Source: Malacoraja senta (lineage: Eukaryota). From it: 20,000 bases of DNA. The position numbers and the translations under genes are program-made. Under the pieces are notes generated by a model that was given only the letters and a program-made list of their open reading frames with translations, had not been told where the DNA came from and searched no databases. Shown here piece after piece: positions 1 through 10,900 of this stretch. The DNA lies in contig JAXLNO010000107.1 of NCBI GenBank assembly GCA_038087875.1, forward strand, positions 53,744 to 73,743. Direction: 5' to 3'. Numbering within the stretch: position 1 is the stretch's first letter; each line of letters begins with the position of its first letter.

Positions 1-39
1 AGGCAAAATGAAAAGTGACATCAACTGTTAAGATCAAAT

Positions 40-173
40 TAGTCTGAAGAAGGGTCTAAATCCAAAACGTCACCCATTCCTTCTCTCCAGATATGCTGCC
101 TGTTCCACTGAGTTACAGCAGCATTTTGTGTCTATCTTCGATTTAAACCAGCATCTGCAGTTCTTTCCTGCAC
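40..173 (+). mobile_element. Short Penelope-like (PLE-derived) retroelement with degenerate hammerhead core and 10-bp TSD
   Basis: AGTCTGAAGAAGGGTCTAAATCCAAAACGTCACC...GATATGCTGCCTG...CAGCATCTGCAGTTC; flanked by AAGATCAAAT at 30-39 and 174-183. Confidence 0.65.
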
Positions 174-299
174 AAGATCAAATCAGAGATTGAACTGCAA
201 GCGTATTGTGTTACTCAAATGATCCCATATGAAACCAGCAGCATAGTGCCTTCAACATAGGCAGTGCCAAACAGCACTAAATAAAAGATCAAATACAAA

Positions 300-450
300 T
301 CAAGCTCATGTCAAAGGAGGAAATATTAGGTGTGGTTGGAAGCTTTTCAAAGTGATAGGCTTTCAGCAGGTCCATAAAGTAGTGAGGGAGGTGAAAACTT
401 TATGGTAGTGTGAGATGGTCTGAACATAACGAGTAGAACTTGGAATGCAG
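300..450 (-). mobile_element. Old L2-like LINE remnant
   Basis: Degenerate resemblance to a recalled elasmobranch L2 3' region, and to 17600-18140. Confidence 0.3.
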
Positions 451-673
451 AGGCAAGACAGTTGCATATATATATTACTTGGTTTAAAAGAATTAGTTTA
501 CTGTATTTTTTACACCTTAAAATTTTACATCTTGAAATTTAAAATGTGTTGAGTATAGACAAAGCGTAATGTTATCAAGTGCGCTTCAGATTGTACAGAC
601 TTGAATGACTGTAAATGAGATGTGTTTAAATGCAAGTGATTAAAGTTTTTTATTTTTTATTTAAACCATGCAG

Positions 674-842
674 GTGGTTTTGGAATGTGCCTTGAAAAAG
701 GATCTAGTTTACAACAAAGTTAACCCAATATTTCACCACTGGAAGATAAATGAAAAAAAGTTTGGACTTACCTTTCAGAGTCCTGCTGATGCTAGAGCAT
801 TTGACCGTGGTATTCGCCGAGCTACTGAAGCCATCTCCGAAG
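674..842 (+). CDS. SPRED1: Internal coding exon of SPRED1 (C-terminal half of EVH1 domain; equivalent to human exon 3)
   Basis: Translates [56 protein letters not shown](G). This contains the SPRED EVH1 signature [22 protein letters not shown], and LKKDL/YNKV/GIRRA fit SPRED1 better than SPRED2. T-rich tract plus CAG acceptor at 671-673; GT donor at 843 (GAAG|gtagag). 169 nt, phase 0 to 1, matching the recalled size of the orthologous human exon. Confidence 0.93.
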
Positions 843-1922
843 GTAGAGGATCTTAAATTTTATTCACGGGAGTACTTCCAGCATTTACCTTGAATTACAT
901 TAAATATCTCAGCAGAGAAATGCTGAAAAGCCCAAATCTACTTTGCATCGTTCAAACACTATATAAAGGAGATGGGGAAGGAACTCGAATGAATGTTTTC
1001 TTTTAAACTATTTTCTTCCAATTCTACAGAGCAGCAATGGAATCTGAAATGCAGAAATGATGGATCTTTCATGCCTTTTAATGGTATTGCATTTTCAGTA
1101 TGAATTGAAGGGAAGAGCAAAAATAGAAGAGATTTGTTTTCTGAAGTATCATGACATTTAGGACACTGCACATCTTGTTCATGTTTGCAAAAACTGATTC
1201 TAAAAATTAATGATGGCTATTTAAAAAGAATGCAGTAAGAATGTCTACATGTAATTTAGTTGATGGATTCCCCCGCAAAATAAATTAATTTAATACAGAT
1301 GGCCATAGATCTGAATCCACATTGGAAGAAACAATTTTATTGACGTTGTAATTTTGTTACCTGACAAAGCAAATGAAATCTAGAAAATAGAATTGCCATA
1401 TTGTCCATACTTTGGCAGGTGAAAATGGACAAGTTTGATACATGACAGAGAGTAAAATAAATTATTTTTTTAATTATGAAAGCAGTATTAATCCTGAAGA
1501 CACAAAAATTTTGCAGGTAAAGAAAACCAAATTTTCTGAGTATTAAACGTAGGCTGAATGTTTTAAATTGCAGCAGCTAGAGAGGTCTGGTTAGAGAATT
1601 AGGGCATAGTATAGGAAAGGAAAACTGCTGAAATCTTGTAGAGAGTGAATAGAAAAATGATGAGAAAGGGTATATTTTATATAAAGAGACTAAGTGTACA
1701 CCATGAAGCAAAAAGCAAATATTTGGGAAGTATGGGTGCAAACAAGAAATATTGTTAAATTAACATATACGATAATTTCTGTATCTTTGGTAAAACCATG
1801 TAGTTAAACTATATATTGGGTGCAACCTCAAATTTAACATGACAAATGTCTCTCACTTCAGATTATGAAAAGGGAATGTTGAATTTCCCAACAATTTATT
1901 TGAAATAAATTCCAAAAGTAGT

Positions 1923-1945
1923 GTTATGTAACTTTGTTACGTAAC
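1923..1945. promoter_or_regulatory. Tandem PAR-bZIP/NFIL3 D-box consensus sites (candidate)
   Basis: GTTATGTAAC (1923-1932) and palindromic GTTACGTAAC (1936-1945) both match RTTAYGTAAY exactly. Confidence 0.35.
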
Positions 1946-2289
1946 CATGGTCTATACATAAATTAGACCATGGCATCTGAAATAAGTTAAATGGGGATTT
2001 TTTTTTAAAAGATTTGTGTCTGGATAAAATGACCCACTAATTCACATTATCCTGGTATTTTCTTGCCCTGATTACATGCCTGCAGTTTCACTTTGAATTT
2101 GATTTTCGGGTAATAATATCACTGAAAGCCTGAAACCAATACAGTATCCTTGTTAAACTAATTATAGAAAATGTTGTCGCAATGTGAGATGAGCTGAGTA
2201 GAACCCAAACCTAGAGTGGATACCGTGGTTCTACTCCTGCACATTTCCATGCACTGTTCAAGTTACACATGTCCATTGGTATTGAGCGA

Positions 2290-2640
2290 ACCACAAAGTG
2301 CTAGAGTAACTCAAAAGATCAGGCAGAATCTGTGGAGGGACTAGATAGGCGATGTTTTGGGTTAGGAGCCCTCTCTATCATATAGAGAATGTACATATGA
2401 CTCGTTTTCACCAAAATATTTTCATATCCCATTTTGTAACCTGCAGAGTTCAATTTTAAAGAATGCATAACTGGTGCCAGTACAAAAACAACAACATTAC
2501 AAACTCTGGCAAAAATAAACTGTTGGAGCAAGTGTAGAGGCAAAGGCTTGATCAATGTTGACAGTTGAGACCCTGCATCAGGACAGAGTGTAGAGAGAAG
2601 ATGGCCAATAAAGGGAGAAGTGAGTCAGAGGCTGGTGGGC
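2290..2640 (-). mobile_element. Degenerate Penelope-like short repeat fragments
   Basis: ATCTGTGGAGGGACTAGATAGGCGATGTTTTGGGTTAGGAGCCCT and GTTGAGACCCTGCATCAG resemble the reverse complement of 40-173. Confidence 0.4.
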
Positions 2641-3246
2641 AATAATCCTTTCAGGCAGTTTGCAGATTGTGGACAGAAAGGCCTGTTGTATTCCATTAAT
2701 GCTTTGGATTTTGTGCTCAATCCAAAAGTTCCACAGTCTGGAGTTTGGGGATCCCAGCATTAAAAGCTCAAGGGACCGAAAGCAGCTTGTTATTTTCAGT
2801 CTTATCAATACTGAACTCCTCGAATATGACTGCCTGATCTTATACAAATTCTCCCATTTATTTTTAAAGCATTTTTCTACCTAGCAATAATAGTGATAAA
2901 ATATTTCATGGTATTCATTAATGATTTGATGCAATATATATATAGTTTAATTATGGGTAGTGTTAGGGTGATTATTTAAATAAATGAAAGAATTATAGCA
3001 AGCATATGTAGAGCGATACCATATGGGTTGCTAAAGAAAACGAATGTTAATGACTTGCAGAAAAATCAGCTTATGGACAATTCTCAGGATCCTGGGCACT
3101 GCCTGTATCTAGTATTTTTGCTATTTAACTCAACTAGTATTAAACAGTTGAACAAATATGATCGAGACATTTTTATTGCTGATTTCAAACTTTAAAAAGC
3201 GAATAGCGGTGAAGCAAGTTGATGACATTGATTTATTTGTCAGCAG

Positions 3247-3296
3247 GGTGTCAAGAATATTTCAATGAAGCAACAGTCTCAGATGACAGCTTTCAA
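3247..3296 (+). CDS. SPRED1: Next SPRED1 coding exon (equivalent to human exon 4), (G)CQEYFNEATVSDDSFQ
   Basis: tttatttgtcagcag acceptor; canonical CAA|gtaagt donor at 3297. Phase 1 to 0 joins in frame with the 674-842 exon. Peptide resembles recalled human GCPESKNEAEGADDLQ. Tandem CAGCAG allows an alternative start at 3244. Confidence 0.82.
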
Positions 3297-3807
3297 GTAA
3301 GTAGTACAAGAAATGCATATATCAATTTGATTTTACCATCATGAAAGCTTTCAAAGCTTATATTTGTTTGATAATAATTTGTTTAATAATTGGTAATCAT
3401 AAGATGCTGCCATACTTGTGTGAAATTTTGAAAAAACTTTATTTTCATGGGCTGATAGACATTTCAGTCTTGAGTAATGATCAAGTAGATCTTTCTACTC
3501 TAATGTACTAACGTTTAATACAATTCAAATTTAACTACTTTGCAGCATTTTTTTATCCTATTGCAGAAAACAATGGTACTTAACTAGGTATGGTAAAAGA
3601 ATAATAAAAGTGGACATGAGTAATGGACTGCGACAGCAGCAGAGTAGAGACTTTAAAATGACATTGCTTTATGTAGTAAATGTGGGGGGTTTGACTTTGA
3701 GGTGATTGCAAGAGGAATGTACTTTACATCCACATATGGCAAAGGATTTGAAGCACTTTTAAAAGCTCTACTTTGCTTAAAAATCTATTTCCACTGTATC
3801 AAACCAT

Positions 3808-3900
3808 ATTACGCAGGCAGGTGGCACTAGTGTGGATGGGACGTTGGTCGGTGTGGGCAAGCTGGGCCGAAGGGCCTGTTTCCACGCTTTATGACTATGA
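3808..3900 (+). mobile_element. CR1/HER1-type LINE 3' end fragment
   Basis: TTGGTCGGTGTGGGCAAGCTGGGCCGAAGGGCCTGTTTCCACGCTTTATGACTATGA, the 3' tail shared with SINE and LINE copies in the window. Confidence 0.7.
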
Positions 3901-4954
3901 AAATACTTTTTGTAAATGAGAATATTTTTTAAAAGAACAGTTGAATGAAATGTTACCGTCTTTCGCATGAAGCAGAATGAGTAGGGAAGTACACACATGA
4001 ATTTGTCAGCAATAAAATGATTAATTGAAAAAAATGGGGACCTAAGAGATTCTGAAATCCGTCAAGAATTTTGGGAAAGCCACAGTGTGCTGATTATGGC
4101 ATGGAATTATAGGTGCAAGTTGACTTATACAATGTTCATGGGGAAGAAAAGATGACCAAACAACAAACTCCTAAATGTATGAAAAATAAAATTACCTTGT
4201 ACTTAAGATGGATTATTGTAGGAAAATATTTCCAGTAACTGCCATTTGCACAGATTTCAATACACAAGATTTGTTCTACGTGCTGAATATCCATGATTGA
4301 TTTTTGTGATGCTCATTTATATTTGAAAACATTGGGATATTTATATTTAAAAGATTTGGAAGTTAAGCACATCACCTGGAAGATTTACTGTTGGTTACTT
4401 TGTTCTTCTGATGCCAAAGATCTTACAGGCTTCTGAAGACATGCAGAAGTTAATTGAGATTTCCAGTTCACAATAGTAATCAAATCTGAGCTTTGTAGAC
4501 AGGTGTGTTGGCATGACTGAGCATCACTGGTGTTTTGTGGTCATAAAGGAAGTTCTAAGATTTCAGGCTGCAGGCAGTGGAAAGATGAATGATAGATTAG
4601 GCTAAATACTACTCCAAAGTTGGCAGCTCTGTTCAATTGCCCCAAGCACCAGTTTGACTACCTTCTTTGTTGGTGTGAGCTAGTCCTGCACTGCACCCAA
4701 TTTTAAAGGATCTCTGATTAACTAGTACAGGGTGAAGTTGTTTGGCTTTAAGTCGACAGAATATGTATTTTACCAGGTTACCCAACAGATTTCGTAGAGC
4801 AAGTTGTCTGCTTTATATTTGTTTGTGAAGGACTATTTAAATTCTCATCTGCAGAACATAACTAGTGTAACTTCATGAATATTTAACCAACTTCATTATT
4901 TAGCTGATTTTATGAGTCAGAGTTGGTTCTGGAATTTGTTTGAGGTTGTAACTA

Positions 4955-5150
4955 ACAGGAGAGAGAAACGTGAAGATTGTGATGTAATTGGACTTTCAGA
5001 GTGGCTTCAGTAAGTTGTCATGTTGGATTTGTACACAAAATTATTAAGAGTACATTGTATTAGGGTTAATATACTGATGTGGATTGAGGATTCATTAAAA
5101 GGCAGGAAATAGAAATAAACAGGTAATTTTGGTTGGATAGCAGTGACTAT
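4955..5150 (+). mobile_element. Decayed CR1 reverse-transcriptase fragment
   Basis: Degenerate 'D-V-x-x-L-D-F-Q-K-A-F...G-x-x-L-x-W-I' region (gatgtaattggactttcag...tattagggttaatatactgatgtggattgaggatt), frameshifted. Confidence 0.55.
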
Positions 5151-5599
5151 GGGCGGTGACCAATTTACCTGCTGATGCAAGCACGAGGACTGAATGACCT
5201 ACTACCAGGTGTGTTCTTTTATTTTAAAAATTAATAATAACAGAAATGCAGAATTAGTCGTTCAGTCCAAAAATACAAAAGTATTATTGCTATTTTCAGA
5301 TAATACGAATGCTCTAAAAAATAACAAAACGATAAAGAATTTGTTAAAGGAGAAATTTGATTGTATGCATTTTTTCCCTGAAAGCCCAAATTGACGAGGG
5401 AATGGTAGAGAAGATAGTGCAGGTGTTTAGGGATCAGGAATGATATACCAAATTCACTGATGGATCTGATGAAAGGCAGTCTTATGGTCTGGAGTAGGGG
5501 GGGGGGCGGTCACATAATGAGATGTGTGTGTTGGGGGAGGGGGGGGAGGGGAATGCTCACCCAACATTTTTGCGGGCCGTAGGAACAAATAAAGAAATG

Positions 5600-5720
5600 T
5601 CTCACACGCACGCACGCACACACACACACACTCGCTCTCAGACATTCTCACACACACACACTGACACACACACATTGACATACACACACACTGACACACA
5701 CTAGAAACGCACATGCACAC
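5600..5720 (+). repeat. Imperfect (CA)n microsatellite
   Basis: cacacgcacgcacgcacacacacacacac...ctgacacacac. Confidence 0.95.
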
Positions 5721-5765
5721 TTGGAAGAGAGAGGGAGAGAGAGCTCTCCCCCCCCCCCCAAAACT

Positions 5766-5956
5766 CATCCTGACTATGCGTCATGTCTGTACGGGGTTTG
5801 TACCTGTGTGTGTTTTCTCCGGGTGCTCTGGTTTCCTCCCACACTCCACGTTTACAGGTTAATTGAATTTGTCCTGAATGTGTGTAGGATTGTGCTAGTG
5901 CGTACGGGCATCGCTATGATGGGCCAAAGGGCCTGTTTCCACGCTGTATCTCTAAA
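5766..5956 (+). mobile_element. HE1/V-SINE-like tRNA-derived SINE, 5'-truncated
   Basis: GGTTTCCTCCCACACTCC central motif and GGGCCAAAGGGCCTGTTTCCACGCTGTATCTCTAAA tail. Confidence 0.75.
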
Positions 5957-6249
5957 GCTGCGATACCACAGAACCCGCTAAATAGCCCGTCGCACGGAAC
6001 GTGTTAAGAGCTTGCTGCGGGCCGGATAAAATCTCGTGGCTGGCCGGATGTGGCCCATGGCCCATAGTTTGGAGACCCCTGAGTTAGACCATGGGTTAAC
6101 AAGTCTGGTAGGGGCAGCTGATGGGTTGTTAGAATATGTATTGCAGCACAGATGTAAATCTTACCGTGAGGTAGATCAATGCTGATATGTGGTGGTGTTG
6201 GATCCAGTGCGATAATGGACTAAGAAACCGGCTGCTTTGTTTTATAAAC

Positions 6250-7032
6250 ATTAAAAAAACAGGTGCAGGAGTGGGCCATTTGGCCCTTCGAGCCAGCACC
6301 GCCATTCAATATGATCATGGCTGATCATCTAAAATCAGTACCCCGTTCCTGCATTTTCCCCATATACCTTGATTCCTTTAGCCCTAAGAGCTAAATCTAA
6401 CTCTCTTGAAAACCTCCAGTGAATTGGCCTCCACTGCCTTCTGTGGCAGAGAATTCCACAGATTCACAACTTGTTCCACAGATTCATAAAGGTTTTTCCT
6501 CATCTCAGTCCTAAATGGCATACCCTTATTCTTAAACTGTGACCCCTAGTTCTGGACTCCCCCAACATCGGGAACATTTTTCCTGTATCTAGCCTGTCCA
6601 TTCCTTTAAGAATTTTATATGTTTCTATAAGATATCCTCTCATCCTTCTAAATTCAAGGTTTCAATGTCAGTTTATTGTCACACGTACCAGTTAAGGTAC
6701 AGTGAAATTTGAATTACCATACAGCCATACTAAGTGAAAAGCAACAAGACACACAACCACATAAAAGTTAACATAAACATCCACCACAGTGGATTCGACA
6801 TTCCTCACTGTGATGCAAGGCATAAAGTTCAATCTTCTTCCTCTTTGTTCCAGTGAATACAAGCCCAGTCACCCATTCTTTCATCATATGTCAGTCCCGC
6901 CATCCTGGGAATTAACCTGGTGAAGCTACGCTGCACTCCTGCAATAGCAATAATGTCCTTCCTCAAATTAGGAGACCAAAGTTGCACACAATATTCCAGG
7001 TGCAGTCTATCCAGGGCCCTGTACAACTGCAT
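6250..7032 (-). mobile_element. CR1 LINE 3' portion (ORF2 C-terminus and 3' UTR), interrupted by a nested insertion
   Basis: ORF 6829-7032 (LYRAL..LHLEYCVQLWSPNLRKDI.AIAGVQRSFTRLIP.MAGLTYDER) is the classic CR1 ORF2 C-terminal motif. The 3' UTR matches 13432-13790 in inverted orientation. Confidence 0.9.
6656..6850 (-). mobile_element. Nested ~195-bp non-LTR retroelement 3' fragment inside the CR1
   Basis: CR1 sequence CATCCTTCTAAATTC|CAGTGAATACAAGCCC is split by unrelated sequence starting AAGGTTTCAATGTCAGTTTATTGTC (AATAAA on - strand). TTC is present at both junctions. Confidence 0.65.
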
Positions 7033-7049
7033 TATATTCCTGCATTTAT

Positions 7050-7600
7050 TTTTGGGATCTGAGCATCATTGGCAGGGGCATCATTTATAGTTCACCTGTA
7101 ATTGTCCTTGAGAAGGTTACGGTGAGCTAGTGCTTGGGAGCTGCTGTAGTCCCTCTGGTGAAGAACCCCTGCAGTGATTTTGGGTAAGGCGTTGTGAACA
7201 AGAAAGAATGAGCAACTTACTTCTAACTCAGATGGTGTGTAAATTGGAGGAAAATCTTGAACTCGTGTTTCATGTGTTTGCTGTTCTTCTACACTCTTTA
7301 ATGGAGGTTATGGGTTTGCATGATGCTGTCAGCCTAGCTTGAGCAAGGTACATGTTGCTGGTATTTTGTAAGATTATGGAAGGTAGTGAGTTGAGCATTC
7401 GTGAAGTGGATTGTTTTTCTGGATGGCATCAAGCTTCTAGAGAGTTGTTAGACCTGTACTCACCCAGGCAGGTTGAGAGTTTTCAATCATGCTCCTAATT
7501 GTGCCTCATAGTGAAAAGCTTTGGGATATCAGAAGGAGAATCACTTGACACACCATGCCTGGAGCTGTTGAGACCTGCAACTGAAATTTAGCAATGGTCG
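7050..7600 (-). mobile_element. Ancient elasmobranch LINE 3' region (CR1-group), decayed
   Basis: Degenerate match to a recalled shark/ray LINE; homologous to 16480-17060. Confidence 0.5.
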
Positions 7601-8134
7601 ATTAAGAGGGAGCCTCTCCATATCTAACCTTATGATAAACGGTCAAGGAAAAATTTGGGTCTCATTACAGCAAAGTAGGCTTGGAGATTTTTCAAAAGAA
7701 TTACCCAAGGAGAACTTACGAGTCTCCCATGTATTTAAAACTATATACTTCAGTATTACAATTTTAGGCTTCTGGACTAATTTTTGTACTTACAAGATTA
7801 GTAGTGCTGAGTACATAAAGTCTTAATCTTAAGTTTCAAGATAGGTTATTTGAAGTTTAAAGGAATGAAAATGAAAAGTAGGTATTACTTAACAGGTCTT
7901 GGCACATGCAAGGCTAATTAAAATATTCTAAGAATAGAAGAATTTAACTTAATATGGATAATGCAGAGACACCACATTTCACCGAGGAAAGATTTATTTG
8001 ATTAGCAATGTGGTGTGAGAACACTTGCATTTGAGAGGGTAAAAGGAAAAATAACAAGACTGTTCACAAACAAAGGTGAAGGAAGAAGTAAGGTGAAAGG
8101 AACACGAATTGGATGCAAATTTAAGCCTGAAGAA

Positions 8135-8325
8135 GACTGTGGAGGCCAAGTCAATGTATATTTTTAACACGGAGATTGACAGATTCTTAATTAGTAAGGG
8201 TGTCAGGGGTTATGGGGTGAAGGCAGGTGAATGAGGTTGAGAGTGAAAGATAGATCAGCCATGATTGAATGGCGGAGTAGACTTGATGGGTCAAATTACC
8301 TAACTCTGCTCCTGGAACTTGTGAA
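8135..8325 (+). mobile_element. CR1 3' end fragment
   Basis: GTGGAGGCCAAGTCAATGTATATTTTTAA...GATAGATCAGCCATGATTGAATGGCGGAGTAGACTTGATGGG. Confidence 0.8.
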
Positions 8326-8344
8326 CTGATACAGCATAGAATGT

Positions 8345-8870
8345 GATATACAGCATGGAAACAGTCCCTTTGAACCAGCTTGTCCATGCTGACCAAGATG
8401 CCCTATCTCTATAGGTCCCATTTGTCCACATCTGACCTAGATCATTCTTAATCTTTCCTATCCGTGTATGTATCCAAATGTCTTATAAATGTTGTTATTG
8501 TACCTGCCTCAGCTATTTTCACAGGCAGCTCGTTCCATATACCCACCACGATGTGAAAAAGTTGCTACTCGGGTTCTAATTAAATGTTTTCCCTCTCATA
8601 GATTCAAAGAGTCCTACAGCATGGAAACAGGCCCCAGCCCAACTTGCCCGTGCCAAACAAGTTCCCCATCTACACTACTCCCACCTGCACACATTTGACA
8701 CATATCCCCTTAAACCTTTCCTATCCATGTTTAAACCCAAATGTATTTTAAATGTTGTCACTGTATCTGCCACAACTACCTCCTCTGGCAGCTCGTTCAA
8801 TCTTCAACCCTATGTGTGAAAAAGCTGCCCCTCGGGTTCCTTTAAAATCTTTCCCCTCTCACCTTAAGCC
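8345..8870 (-). mobile_element. Two consecutive CR1/HER1-like 3' end fragments (about 8345-8597 and 8598-8870)
   Basis: Each begins CAGCATGGAAACAG(T/G)CCC and ends near CTCGGGTTC...TAAATCTTTCCCCTCTCA. ORFs 8489 and 8752 are parallel antisense translations of these copies. Confidence 0.8.
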
Positions 8871-8989
8871 CATTAAAAGTCAATTATCCCAGCCACTGGG
8901 CATCATTCCACGAACTCATGGCAAAGTCTTGTCCAACCATCCTCAGCTGTTTGCATGATTGTTCATTTTTATATGTCCTCATCAAAATC

Positions 8990-9110
8990 TATACCCCATT
9001 CTGACATAGGCTGATAAATGGCAAATTACATTGATGGCACAAAAGTGTCAGCCAGTGTCCTTTAAAGAGTATAGCCAACTAGCCATTACATTTAGTGGCA
9101 TTACCATCAT
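8990..9110 (+). mobile_element. Decayed LINE RT fragment (W-A-D-K-W-Q-like region)
   Basis: GGCTGATAAATGGCAAATTACATT...CACAAAAGTGTCAG. Confidence 0.4.
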
Positions 9111-9114
9111 ACTA

Positions 9115-10090
9115 TCAGAAAGTCAGATAGTTTTTCAGCATGACAGCAAGCCCTTTGGCCCAACTTATCCATGCTGACCATGTTAATACCTGAGCAAGAC
9201 CCACTTATCTGTGTTTGGCCCTTATGCCTTGAAACCTTTTCTATCCATATACCTATCCAAATATCTTTTGAGTTGAAATTGTACAACTTATTCCACTTCC
9301 TCTGGCAGTTAGTTCCACATACCCACAACCCTCTGTGTGGAAACATTGCTTCTCGCGTCACCTTTGAATTTTGCATCTCTCAACTTAATCCATGCCTTGC
9401 ATAATTAGACTCTCCTACTTTATGGAAAAGACAGATCTGAAAAAATAATGTATGTATGTCCCTCATGATTTTATATATATCGGTAATATCATCCCTCAGC
9501 CTCCTATGCTCAAGGGAAAAATGTCCAGCCTATCCAGTTTCTCAATATCACCCAAACCCTCCAGTCCTGATGACATCCTTGTGAATAATTTCTGCTCCTT
9601 TTCCAACTTAATTTCTATAGCTATGAGACCAGGTGTGCACACAATGCTCCAAGTATAATTCACCTATGCCTTATACAGTTTAAACATGATGTCTCAACTA
9701 CTGTACTTAATGTCCTGACCGATGAAGGCAAGCTTACCAAATGCCGCCTTCACCATTCTGTCTACTTGTGTCGCCACCATCAGGGAACTAACTACTTTTA
9801 CCCTAAATCTCTGTTCTACAACATTCTGCAATTTACTTTGTAAGTCCTGCCTTGGTATAACTTACCAAAATTTAACACCATACATGTCTGAGTCAAATTC
9901 CATCTGCAATTCCTTGGCCTACTTCCCCAGTTGATCTAGATCCTGGTGTAATCTTAATTGTCTTCACAGTCCATAATGCCTTCAATTTTGGTGTCATCTG
10001 CAAACTTACTAACAACAGTGGACCCAGTGGCAGGCCTTAAATATGAAAAGCAACACACCACTATTGCCTTCTGACTCGTACCACCGAACC
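9115..10090 (-). mobile_element. CR1/HER1-like LINE, ~1 kb 3' portion, decayed
   Basis: Tail at 9115-9250. The - strand includes TAAGTTTGCAGATGACACCAAAATTG (K-F-A-D-D-T-K, RT catalytic motif) near 9985-10008. Confidence 0.85.
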
Positions 10091-10387
10091 AATTTTGTAC
10101 CCAATATCATGTGGCCATCCACACGAAAACTGTAGTTGCGGAATCAGGTCAAAGGCTAGTACCCAAGGATATGCCTCTGTATTTCTACGTAAAAATATTT
10201 AAGGTTTTGGGATGCCAAAGTTCAATTTCATGTTTTTCTCACTCTTAAGAGCATGGATGTGGATTTTGCTTTAAAAAAATCCATATGTTGTTATTCTGAC
10301 GCTACAGGGTCATGGCCCGAAAATATTAACTCTGTTTCCCTAGTCACAGATCTTCCTGACCAGTATTTTCTATTATTATAGAACCAT

Positions 10388-10465
10388 GGTTTCCTCGTAT
10401 GTTGCAAAATTCCTCGTATGTTACAAAACATACTTGGCTAATAAAGTATGATTATGATTATGATG
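10388..10465 (+). mobile_element. Non-LTR element 3' tail with AATAAA and (ATGATT)n, with a short internal tandem duplication
   Basis: TTCCTCGTATGTT(G/A)CAAAA occurs twice, then GCTAATAAAGTATGATTATGATTATGAT. Confidence 0.5.
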
Positions 10466-10747
10466 GTTTGGGTTTGAGTTTAATTCCCTCTCAAATTGAT
10501 CATTTAAGTGTAACAAATTTAGTCTCCTGTTAAGATATAGCCCTGCTGTTTATAAAAAAAAAACCCTGATAGAGCCCCAGATGTAATTGATAACTACTCA
10601 TGGCCTTAATTTTAAGCTCTTTCAATCCATCGTGCAGAAACTTTTGAATAAATTAAGTAACTATCTATGCCATTATGCCAAGCAAATGTTTCTGTAAAGT
10701 TTTTCCAGTTATTTTTAGTTAGAATCCGGTGATTCACAGCTGGTGCC

Positions 10748-10900
10748 ACAACCAATCTGCTGGAGGAAGTCAGCGGGTCGAGGCATCGGTGAATGGAAAG
10801 GAATGATCGACATTTTGGATTGAAACTCTGCATCAGAGTTGCTGCTCGAACCACTGAGTTCTTACAGCAGATTGGTTGTTGCTCCAGATCCCAGCGTCAG
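10748..10900. mobile_element. Penelope-like short repeat in inverted (tail-to-tail) arrangement
   Basis: ACAACCAATCTGCTG...TCAGCGGGTCGAG pairs with CTCGAACCACTGAG...CAGCAGATTGGTTGT. Confidence 0.6.

Larger units (their letters stand above)
5150..6081. mobile_element. hAT/Charlie-like non-autonomous element remnant; right end clear, left end not found
   Basis: Ends GCGGGCCGGATAAAA...GGCCGGATGTGGCCC...TAGTTTGGAGACCCCTG (reverse complement CAGGGGTCTCCAAACT), typical of Charlie/MER1/Chap termini. GCGGGCCG motif also at ~5572. Left boundary approximate. Confidence 0.5.

Noticed and set aside
668..856. ORF as a standalone 62-aa protein
   Set aside because: The ATG lies in the intron just before the CAG acceptor and the tail reads through the GT donor; it is an internal SPRED1 exon.
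5454..5981. ORFs with VCVC/HTHT repeats
   Set aside because: Translations of the (CA)n microsatellite and a SINE fragment.
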